Of a stretch of 64,000 nt of DNA, positions 38,461 through 46,256 are shown piece after piece; the first letter of the stretch is position 1; each line of letters opens with the position of its first letter. The translations under genes and the position numbers were made by a program. This DNA comes from Ruminococcus sp. UBA4240. Lineage in GTDB: Bacteria > Bacillota > Clostridia > Oscillospirales > Ruminococcaceae. The notes beneath the pieces are model-generated. The model did not search any database. It saw nothing but the letters and a program-made list of their open reading frames with translations, and was not told the DNA's origin. Location: positions 18,692 through 82,691 of the forward strand of contig DGXE01000024.1 of assembly GCA_002395525.1 (NCBI GenBank), written 5' to 3'.

Positions 38461-39555
38461 ATGTCAAAGAAAGCTAACAAACTGACAAAACTTGATATTG
38501 TGTGCATAGTCATAGATGTGATCGCAGCAATTGCAGTGGGGATCATCCTTGGGGCTATAAACAGCATCAAGGGCAGCACCGGCGCAGACAGCGCCGCAAG
38601 TGCCTGGGGCAACGGCGAGAGCCGCTATGCACAGGCGGCAGTCTATTTCACCTATCTGTCGGGCTTTGATATAAACGGTGCCCATTCCATGCACAGCGCC
38701 GTGGAGCAGTACCTTGCCTCACAGGTGGATCTGAAAAAGGCGGAGCACCGTGTCTGGGTAGACTGCGGGTACGGTGAATCCTCAGGCAGCGCCCAGGGCA
38801 CTTTGGGCAGCACGGATGCAGTGCTGTGCGGCACATGGGGGGATTACTTCCTCTTTCACCCGGGGGATTTCATCTCAGGCAGCATTTATGAGGACAACGA
38901 TATGAACCTTGATGTGTGCGTGCTTGACAACACAGCCTCCTGGATACTGTTCGGCGGCCTTGACACGGCGGGTATGACTGTCACCATAAATGACAGGGCT
39001 TACCTGGTGGTGGGGGTCATTGACCAGGGGATGAAGACAAATTCCGACTTTGCCGCCTACGGCAGCAAGCCCCGCATATATATGCCCTATCAGTCCCTGA
39101 AAAACCTGAAGGAAGCCGCTTCCATGACCTCCTACGAGATATGCATCCCCTATGTGCTGGACGGCTATGCACTGGAAGCCATCAAGAAGGGCGTTTCCGC
39201 AGATGAGAGCACCTACATGGCAGTGGATGAATCGGGGCGGTTCGACCTGGTAAAGCTGGTGAGGAGCTTCCCCGGCATATTCAACAACGTTATGGTGGCA
39301 GGGGGCATAGTCTACCCCTGGTATGAAAACGTCCTGCGGGCAGCGGAGATAAAGTGTGTCATACTGGCATTCATGGGAGCTGTGATACTGATAATCGGCA
39401 TCATCGTGTTCGTGTACCTGTTCTTCCGCTTCACCAAGGCATTCGCTGCCTTCGTCAAGTGGATAAAGAGCAAGTTTGACGCATCCTATCAGCGGCGCAT
39501 ATCCAAGAAATACTACAAGACCCACCCCCGCCCGAAGGAGAACCCACAGACCTGA
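38461..39555 (+). CDS. bitopic membrane protein with a MacB-type periplasmic core domain but no FtsX TM bundle
   Basis: N-terminal TM segment, an extracytoplasmic domain of about 270 aa (VLDNTASWILFGGLDTAGMTVTINDRAYLVVGVIDQG is MacB_PCD-like), one C-terminal TM segment and a basic tail. The ORF track gives a GTG start at 38452. Confidence 0.5.
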   Translation: MSKKANKLTKLDIVCIVIDVIAAIAVGIILGAINSIKGSTGADSAASAWGNGESRYAQAAVYFTYLSGFDINGAHSMHSAVEQYLASQVDLKKAEHRVWVDCGYGESSGSAQGTLGSTDAVLCGTWGDYFLFHPGDFISGSIYEDNDMNLDVCVLDNTASWILFGGLDTAGMTVTINDRAYLVVGVIDQGMKTNSDFAAYGSKPRIYMPYQSLKNLKEAASMTSYEICIPYVLDGYALEAIKKGVSADESTYMAVDESGRFDLVKLVRSFPGIFNNVMVAGGIVYPWYENVLRAAEIKCVILAFMGAVILIIGIIVFVYLFFRFTKAFAAFVKWIKSKFDASYQRRISKKYYKTHPRPKENPQT

Positions 39556-39578
39556 GGCGGGAAGCAAGGGCAGAAAAC

Positions 39579-39617
39579 AGCCATCTCATCCATATGGTGA
39601 GATGGCTTGATTTTTTG
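39579..39617 (+). terminator. rho-independent terminator
   Basis: AGCCATCTCA / TGAGATGGCT stem followed by TGATTTTTTG. Confidence 0.75.
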
Positions 39618-39820
39618 TGCGGTTTAAGATTGGTTTAAGGTTCGTGTGCTATTCTCATAGTCAAAGGGTGACCCCCCACCCTTTGATAGTGATATCATCT
39701 TTTTCCTTTTTTCCTTTTTTCCTTTTTCTCCCCCATGAAGCGGCCGGGCATCACAGGATGCTGCGGCTGCTTTATTTTTGCAGACTCAAGGCAGAAAGAG
39801 GAGAAAAAGTATGCTTGCAA

Positions 39821-40625
39821 TTGCGGAAATAAAGCAGGAAAGAGGTGGCAAACCAATATCAAATACCAGGTGTAGAGGCTTATTTTACCCAAAGCTATCA
39901 AAAACTGCCAATTTCACGGACGATAGAGAACATTACTCATTAAGCCCAAGGAAAATGGTGCGTATACAAGCCATTCATAGTGTTCCCGTGAAATTGGGGG
40001 CATTCGCGAAAACAAAGCAAGCAAAGAGGAAATAAAGCTATATCGAATGCATTTGCGGAAATAAAGCAAGCAAAGAGGAAGCAAAGCAATATCGAACGCC
40101 TTTGCGAAAATAAAACAGGAAAAGAGGGAGTAAAGCAACGTCGAATGCATTTGCGGAAATAAAGCAGGAAAGAGGTGGCAAACCAATATCAAATACCAAG
40201 TGTAGAAGTTTATTTTACCCAAAGCCATCAAAAACTGCCAATTTCACGGAGTAGGAGGATTATACTTGCCATAGACTAATAAGAAAATGGGGAGAAATTA
40301 AACAATCAATACTTCACCAGCAGTGAAATTGGGGGCATTCGCAAAAACAAAGCAAGCAAAGAGGTGGCAAATCAATATCAAATACCAGGTGTAGAAGTTT
40401 ATTTTACCCAAAGCCATCAAAAACTGCCAATTTCACGGACGATAGAGAACATTATTCTCATTAAGCCCAAGGAAATTGGTGCGTATATTCAAGCCATTCA
40501 TAATGTTCCCGTGAAATTGGGGGCATTCGCGGAAATAAAGCAAGCAAAGAGAAAACAAAGCTATATCGAATGCATTTGCGGAAATAAAGCAAGCAAAGAG
40601 GAAACAAAGCAATATCGAACGCCAT
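39821..40625. repeat. nested noncoding repeat array (100-bp unit A x3, 88-bp unit B x2, degenerate tandem units of about 49 bp, three conserved long-loop hairpins)
   Basis: Unit A lies at 39821-39920, 40151-40250 and (partial) 40361-40439. Unit B lies at 39921-40008 and 40440-40531. CCAATTTCACGG / CCGTGAAATTGG inverted pairs lie at 39908/39986, 40238/40323 and 40427/40509. Confidence 0.9.
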
Positions 40626-40662
40626 TGTAACCAAATATTGGCAAAAAAATGCCCGTAAACAC

Positions 40663-40691
40663 TTGAAATGCCCCTGCTTGTGTGCTATAAT
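40663..40691 (+). promoter_or_regulatory. sigma-A type promoter of the 40742 gene
   Basis: TTGAAA (40663-40668), 17-nt spacer, TATAAT (40686-40691). Confidence 0.6.
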
Positions 40692-40741
40692 CAAAATAAG
40701 GATGATACCACCTCGCAAAAAGGAAAAAGGAGTGATTTTGA

Positions 40742-42721
40742 ATGAAAAACGCAACAGCAAAAAGAGCGGCAGCCGCTCTTGCAGCTCTGCTCATGACTGT
40801 GTCCGCAGGTACGGGGGTACTTGCCACAGAGTACTATTATGAGCCTACACACCTGGCGGGCTACTACTACAACAGCAAAACAGGCTTCTGGTACGATGAC
40901 TACAACCAGGCAGTAGCTGCGGCTATGGATCTGGGGGGCACGGATGCCGATGTGCATTACATAAAGCCGGCAGTTGATTCAAGCTCGGTGTGCAATGCCA
41001 CATATCAGTGGTACAACGGCAACACCAAAAAGTATTACCGCACCGAGACGGATGCCTGGAACGCAGATATACAGGCTGAGACCTACAATGCATGGGAGCG
41101 CCTCAATGTTGATTCTTCCACTAAGGTGAGTGCAAACTATCCCTGGTACAATTCCAAGACTAACAGATACTACAGATCCCAGTCCGATGCGGCAAAGGCC
41201 TCCGGAGGGGACTATTCCGGCGTTGTCTATGCCTTTGACGACACCACCTACAATACCACCTGCACTGCGGATTTCCCCTGGTACAACACCTATACCAACA
41301 GGTACTACAAGACCCAGTCCGCCGCAGCTCAGGCTGATACAAGGGGCACTGTCTACAATGCGTGGACCAACAGCGACTATTCCGCCAATGTAAGCTCCAC
41401 CTACCCCTGGTACAATACTGCCACAGGCAGATACTACCGCACGGAGCAGGCCGCAAGATCCGCATCTGCCGGAGGCACTGTCACCTATGCGTACAGCGCT
41501 GCCACCTCCAACAGGGCAAGCGCCACATATCCCTGGTACAGTGCGCTGACAAAGCTCTACTACAAGACCTATCAGGCAGCCCTTGCCGCATCCGGCAACA
41601 ACGATGCCTATGTATCACAGCAGTACACTGCCACATCAAAGAGTGCAAGCTCCACCTATCCCTGGTACAGCTCCTACACCAACCTGTACTACAAGACCAA
41701 GGAAGATGCCGTGGCTGCATCCCTTTACAGCGAGGGCTACGTATCCTACGCCTATTACCAGAGCTCAAAGAGCGCCAGCGCTACCTATCCCTGGTACAGC
41801 AACATGACAGGGCTGTACTACAAGTCCTATTCGGATGCCCTCAACGCCTCCGGCGGCAGGGAATCCGCAGTTTCACAGAAGTATTTTGCCACATCCAATT
41901 CCGTGAGCCAGACCTATCCCTGGTACTCATCCTACACGAAGAAGTACTACAAGACCCAGAACGATGCCATCAACGCTTCAAACGGCAACGCAGGCTATGT
42001 TTCCTACGCATACAGCAATGTGGCATACTCCAACAGTGTAAGCAAGACCTATCCCTGGTACAGCAGCGTTACAAGGCGCTACTACAAGACCTATGATGAT
42101 GCCCTTTCCGTATCCAACGGCAATCCTTCCTATGTAAGCATGGCATACAGCTCAGGCACATCCTCAACGACCACACGCACAACCACCTCCGTATCCTCCG
42201 GCACGCCCTATATCAACGGCCTCAAGAGCTACAACGGCTGGACAAAGGTAGCATCCTACCTGAGAGGACATACGGGCACCATATATGTGCGCATGAACGG
42301 GGCAACATCCGTTCCCTCCAGTGTATTCTCCGCAATGAAGGGACGCAACATCACCGCCGTGTTCATACTTTCAAACGGCATAAGATGGACAGTAAACGGC
42401 AGGAATGTTGGCACAGCAAGGACTGTTGACGTTTACTCCGCCTCCACAAAGGCCATACCTTCGAGCGCTGTACGCAAGGTATCCTACGGCTCGGTGGGCA
42501 CAGCACAGGTGCTTGCAGGCAGCCCTGATACATCCTTTGGCTTTACGGGCAAGATAACCGTAAAGCTGAACAAGTCCCGTGCAGGCAGGAGAGTAGTAGT
42601 TTACCGCTACAGCACCGTAACACGCAAGCTGTACAGCAACTCCACCACATCTGTTTCCTCCACAGGTCATGTGACCTTCTCCGCATCAAAGGGCGGCTAT
42701 TATCTCATAGTCATAAAGTAA
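40742..42721 (+). CDS. secreted protein with 9-10 YPWY(N/S)xxTxxYY(K/R)T repeats and a C-terminal beta-rich domain
   Basis: 659 aa. Signal peptide MKNATAKRAAAALAALLMTVSAGTGVLA. Repeats have a period of about 42 aa from about aa 85 to 470. A Ser/Thr linker follows, then a domain of about 170 aa of unknown type. Confidence 0.8.
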   Translation: MKNATAKRAAAALAALLMTVSAGTGVLATEYYYEPTHLAGYYYNSKTGFWYDDYNQAVAAAMDLGGTDADVHYIKPAVDSSSVCNATYQWYNGNTKKYYRTETDAWNADIQAETYNAWERLNVDSSTKVSANYPWYNSKTNRYYRSQSDAAKASGGDYSGVVYAFDDTTYNTTCTADFPWYNTYTNRYYKTQSAAAQADTRGTVYNAWTNSDYSANVSSTYPWYNTATGRYYRTEQAARSASAGGTVTYAYSAATSNRASATYPWYSALTKLYYKTYQAALAASGNNDAYVSQQYTATSKSASSTYPWYSSYTNLYYKTKEDAVAASLYSEGYVSYAYYQSSKSASATYPWYSNMTGLYYKSYSDALNASGGRESAVSQKYFATSNSVSQTYPWYSSYTKKYYKTQNDAINASNGNAGYVSYAYSNVAYSNSVSKTYPWYSSVTRRYYKTYDDALSVSNGNPSYVSMAYSSGTSSTTTRTTTSVSSGTPYINGLKSYNGWTKVASYLRGHTGTIYVRMNGATSVPSSVFSAMKGRNITAVFILSNGIRWTVNGRNVGTARTVDVYSASTKAIPSSAVRKVSYGSVGTAQVLAGSPDTSFGFTGKITVKLNKSRAGRRVVVYRYSTVTRKLYSNSTTSVSSTGHVTFSASKGGYYLIVIK

Positions 42722-42732
42722 TTCACTGCTTT

Positions 42733-42767
42733 CCGCCTTCCCCCACGGGGAGGGCGGATTTGTTTAT
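42733..42767 (+). terminator. rho-independent terminator
   Basis: CCGCCTTCCCC / GGGGAGGGCGG stem (one G-T pair) followed by ATTTGTTTATT. Confidence 0.65.
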
Positions 42768-42923
42768 TGTGCACAAACGAAGGGGAACACCTGCAATTTG
42801 TGCACCTTTTTCTCAACGGAAAGGGAACAGGGAAAACGGCGCTGTATAACGCTTTACAAGGTGAAAGTACACTGGTGGAAAGCTCCGGCTGTCTGCAAAA
42901 CAGACAAAAGTGCAAGAAATGAC

Positions 42924-42952
42924 TTGCAAATAGCAAATATGGGTGATATAAT
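42924..42952 (+). promoter_or_regulatory. sigma-A type promoter of the 43012 gene
   Basis: TTGCAA (42924-42929), 17-nt spacer, TATAAT (42947-42952), TGn extended -10. Confidence 0.6.
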
Positions 42953-43011
42953 ATTCATACAAAGATAGGGCTCTTGTGTCATAAGGGCTTATATTCAAGG
43001 AGGTTATCACA

Positions 43012-43737
43012 ATGAAATTCGATAAGTTTGCAGGACTGGCTGCAGCCGCTCTGGCCGTATCACTTCTTACCACCGGCGTAAGCGCTCAGGGCAACAGCAA
43101 GTACATTGAAGAGAGGACCGCCGGCAAGGACTACTTCATGACCGTAAACAGCTCAGATGATTCCATCGCCGCATGGTGCAAGGATTCCGGCGTTGATGTT
43201 ACCGAGGTTTACGGCTGCAGATTCTATATCACCGTAAATGATCCTTCACAGGGCTACGGCGGCGCTATCGGCATCAATGCCACCGCCAACAACTGGGAGG
43301 CTCACGAGTGGGGCAATGACGGTGCAGGCAAGGCTATCACCTCTGACGGCTCTACCATTGAGTTCATGTCAGATTCCCCTGCATTCAAGGCTGACGATGA
43401 GTACGCCAACTTCTTCCTCCAGAACTGGTGGGGCGATTTCAGCGTTGATGACTGCGACCTGCTTGACAAGGACGGCAACGTTCTCGAGGCTGTAGGCGCT
43501 GCTGCTGAGGAGGCTCCCGCTGAGGAGGCTGTTGAGGAAGTTGTTGAGGAAGAGGTAGTTGAAGAGGCTGCTCCCGCTGAGGAAGCTGTTGTTGAAGAGG
43601 CTCCTGCCGCTGAGGAAGCTGCTCCCGCCGCTGTTGCAGATACCACAGCTCCCAAGACCGGCAATGCATCCGCTGCTGCCGTTGCAGTTGTTATGATAGC
43701 TGCTGCAGGCGCTATGGCTCTTTCCAAGAGAAAGTAA
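43012..43737 (+). CDS. cell-wall-anchored surface protein with an xPKTG sorting signal
   Basis: 241 aa. Signal peptide, a globular domain of about 130 aa, an acidic (E/A/V/P) linker, then TAPKTGN plus a hydrophobic stretch plus KRK. Confidence 0.7.
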   Translation: MKFDKFAGLAAAALAVSLLTTGVSAQGNSKYIEERTAGKDYFMTVNSSDDSIAAWCKDSGVDVTEVYGCRFYITVNDPSQGYGGAIGINATANNWEAHEWGNDGAGKAITSDGSTIEFMSDSPAFKADDEYANFFLQNWWGDFSVDDCDLLDKDGNVLEAVGAAAEEAPAEEAVEEVVEEEVVEEAAPAEEAVVEEAPAAEEAAPAAVADTTAPKTGNASAAAVAVVMIAAAGAMALSKRK

Positions 43738-43756
43738 GCTGAACACATGACTATCT

Positions 43757-43789
43757 GCCCCCATCACATGATGGGGGCTTTTGTCGTTT
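43757..43789 (+). terminator. rho-independent terminator
   Basis: GCCCCCATC ACAT GATGGGGGC perfect 9-bp stem followed by TTTTGTCGTTT. Confidence 0.8.
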
Positions 43790-43811
43790 AGCCCAAAAAT
43801 TCCCGAAGCTA

Positions 43812-43840
43812 TTGACTATTTGCTTATTTAATGGTATAAT
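43812..43840 (+). promoter_or_regulatory. sigma-A type promoter of thrC
   Basis: TTGACT (43812-43817), 17-nt spacer, TATAAT (43835-43840). Confidence 0.6.
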
Positions 43841-43907
43841 TAGACACGCTGTCCGTGAACGGCAGCTTTACCGGGGCGGACAGCCAAAGATGTTATGAGG
43901 TGGTAAA

Positions 43908-45389
43908 ATGTATTATACAAGCACAAGGGACAGCTCCCTCAGAATAGACTCAGCACAGGCCATAGTCAAGGGCATCTCCGACGAGGGCGGGCTTTTTGTC
44001 CCTGTTGAGATACCCTCCCTTTCCATGGATGAGATAGTATCCTATGCGGATATGACCTATCCTGAAAGGGCTGCCGCCATATTCTCCAAATATCTCACCG
44101 ACTTTACCGCAGCAGAGCTGCGCTACTGCACTGAGAGCGCCTACAACGACAAGGCCTTTGCGACTGCGTCCATAACGGAGATATCCCATCTCTTTGACGG
44201 CACATATGTTCTGGAGCTGTGGCACGGTCCTACCTGCGCATTCAAGGATATGGCGCTGCAGATACTCCCCTATCTGCTCACCACATCCCTTAAAAAGATA
44301 AATGTTGACAAGAAGGTTGTCATACTCGTTGCCACCTCCGGTGACACGGGCAAGGCGGCGCTTGAGGGCTTTGCCGATGTGGAGGGCACTTCCATCATGG
44401 TGTTCTACCCCGAGGACGGCGTATCTGCCATGCAGAAGAAGCAGATGACCACACAGGACGGTGACAATGTGTGCGTATGTGCGGTAAAGGGCAACTTTGA
44501 CGACTGCCAGAACGGTGTAAAGGCCATATTCACCGACGAGGACATCAAGGCGCAGCTTGCGGAGAGGGGAATGATGTTCTCCTCCGCCAACTCCATCAAC
44601 TGGGGCAGACTTGCTCCCCAGATAATCTACTACATCTCCTGCTACTCCGAGCTGGTAAAGAACGGTGAGATAAAGGCAGGGGAGCCTATAAACATCACCG
44701 TGCCCACAGGCAACTTCGGCAATATCCTTGCGGCATACTATGCAAAGCGCATGGGTCTGCCTGTAAACAAGCTCATATGCGCCTCAAATGCCAACAACGT
44801 GCTGACAGATTTCCTCACCACAGGCGTATATGACCGCAACAGGACATTTGTCACCACTATCTCCCCTTCCATGGACATACTCATCTCCTCCAACCTGGAA
44901 AGACTGCTATATATAATGACCGGAGATGATGCGAAGATCCGTGAGTGGTTCGGCAAACTGTCAAAGGAAGGCAGATACGAGGTTGACGAGGCTGTAAAGG
45001 CACAACTTTCGGCAGACTTTGCCGCCGGCTGCTGTGACGATGAGCGCACAAAAGCCACCATCAAGGAGATATACGACAAGTATTCCTACACCCTCGACAC
45101 CCACACCGCCGTTGCTGTGGCTGTGTATGAGGATTACAGGAAGGCCACCGGGGACAAGACACGCACTGTCATTGCCTCCACTGCCTCTCCCTACAAGTTC
45201 GGCACAGCAGTCCTTGAAGCCCTTGAGGGCAAGGCACCGGAGGACGAGTTTGAGAAGGTGGATCGCATAAACGCCCTTTCAGGCTATGAGATACCCGCAT
45301 CCCTTGCGGCGCTCAGAACCAAGAAGATACGCTTTACAGGCGCGATCGACAGGGCTGATATGAAGGAATTCGTGCTGAAGGAAGTATAA
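43908..45389 (+). CDS. thrC: threonine synthase (long form)
   Basis: 493 aa, YYTSTRD N-terminus, LELWHGPTCAFKDMALQ (PLP lysine), ATSGDTGKAA. Confidence 0.9.
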   Translation: MYYTSTRDSSLRIDSAQAIVKGISDEGGLFVPVEIPSLSMDEIVSYADMTYPERAAAIFSKYLTDFTAAELRYCTESAYNDKAFATASITEISHLFDGTYVLELWHGPTCAFKDMALQILPYLLTTSLKKINVDKKVVILVATSGDTGKAALEGFADVEGTSIMVFYPEDGVSAMQKKQMTTQDGDNVCVCAVKGNFDDCQNGVKAIFTDEDIKAQLAERGMMFSSANSINWGRLAPQIIYYISCYSELVKNGEIKAGEPINITVPTGNFGNILAAYYAKRMGLPVNKLICASNANNVLTDFLTTGVYDRNRTFVTTISPSMDILISSNLERLLYIMTGDDAKIREWFGKLSKEGRYEVDEAVKAQLSADFAAGCCDDERTKATIKEIYDKYSYTLDTHTAVAVAVYEDYRKATGDKTRTVIASTASPYKFGTAVLEALEGKAPEDEFEKVDRINALSGYEIPASLAALRTKKIRFTGAIDRADMKEFVLKEV

Positions 45390-45421
45390 TCATAGGCGAC
45401 AGCCGCATAAAGGAGCAGGAT

Positions 45422-46156
45422 ATGTCCCTTTGGGTCATGGCGGATACGCATTTATCACTGTCTGTGGACAAGTCCATGGAAAAATTCCCCGGGTGGGAAA
45501 ACTACGTTGAGCGCATAAGAACCAACTGGCTTGATGTGGTAAAGCCGGAGGATACCATAGTTCTCCCCGGGGACATCTCCTGGGGCATGAGCTTTGAGGA
45601 GGCAAAGGCTGACCTTGCCTTCCTCCACGCCCTCCCCGGGCGGAAGATAATCTCAAAGGGCAACCACGACTACTGGTGGAACACCCTTGCGAAGATGGAG
45701 CGCTTTATAGACGAATGCGGCTTTGACAGCCTGCACATACTCCACAACAACTGCTATGAGTATGAGGGGATCGGGATATGCGGCACAAGGGGCTGGATAA
45801 ATGACAGCTCGGAGCCTGCGGATGCAAAGATAATAGCCCGTGAGGCGGGCCGCCTTGAAATGTCTGTAAAGGCGGCTCTGGAAAAGGGGCTTTACCCGGT
45901 GGTATTTCTCCACTACCCCCCCTACTATGCACAGGAGAGAAACGACAGCATAATAGAGGTGCTAAAGCGCTATCAGATAAAGGATGTGTACTACGGGCAC
46001 CTTCACGGGAAAATGACCCACAACCGTGCGGTCATCGGGGAAAAGGAGGGCATGAACCTGCACCTTATCTCCGCAGACTACCTGAGATTCCATCCGTATC
46101 CTGTGAATGTACAATGCATAATGCAATGCATAATGAAACGTTCCGACGGGGCTTGA
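45422..46156 (+). CDS. metallophosphoesterase family protein
   Basis: 244 aa, MADTHLS, LPGDISW, KGNHDYWW, YGHLHG motifs. Confidence 0.8.
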   Translation: MSLWVMADTHLSLSVDKSMEKFPGWENYVERIRTNWLDVVKPEDTIVLPGDISWGMSFEEAKADLAFLHALPGRKIISKGNHDYWWNTLAKMERFIDECGFDSLHILHNNCYEYEGIGICGTRGWINDSSEPADAKIIAREAGRLEMSVKAALEKGLYPVVFLHYPPYYAQERNDSIIEVLKRYQIKDVYYGHLHGKMTHNRAVIGEKEGMNLHLISADYLRFHPYPVNVQCIMQCIMKRSDGA

Positions 46157-46256
46157 CTTCCTCTTTGGGTGGTGTAGTGTACAACAGCCGCCAAACGCAA
46201 AAACAGGCAACCCATTCTACATTCTGCCTTATACTTCATTATAAGGGGGGTTTTGT

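Noticed and set aside
38875-39567. 230-aa minus-strand ORF
   Set aside because: It is antisense to the MacB-PCD-like gene. The plus-strand frame has TM segments and an operon context, and this one has neither.
39821-40625. Possible CRISPR array, suggested by many short direct repeats in a noncoding stretch
   Set aside because: The repeats are degenerate, of several different lengths (about 49, 88 and 100 bp), nested and partly inverted. There is no regular alternation of repeats with unique spacers of constant size, and no cas genes lie in the window.
39617-40957. Small ORFs of 68-105 aa on both strands across the repeat region (for example 39778-40035, 39914-40231, 40364-40630, 40461-40760)
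   Set aside because: They have low-complexity, non-protein-like sequence. Indels between repeat copies shift their frames. No convincing RBS is present. They are by-products of the repeats.
41362-42096. 244-aa alternative-frame ORF and other long ORFs inside the YPWY-repeat gene
   Set aside because: They are caused by the periodic codon composition of the repeat. The annotated frame is the one with a signal peptide, an RBS and a conserved repeat motif.
43841-43907. T-box or other riboswitch leader in front of thrC
   Set aside because: Only about 68 nt lie between the predicted -10 box and the ATG. That is too short for a T-box, and no specifier or terminator structure is present.
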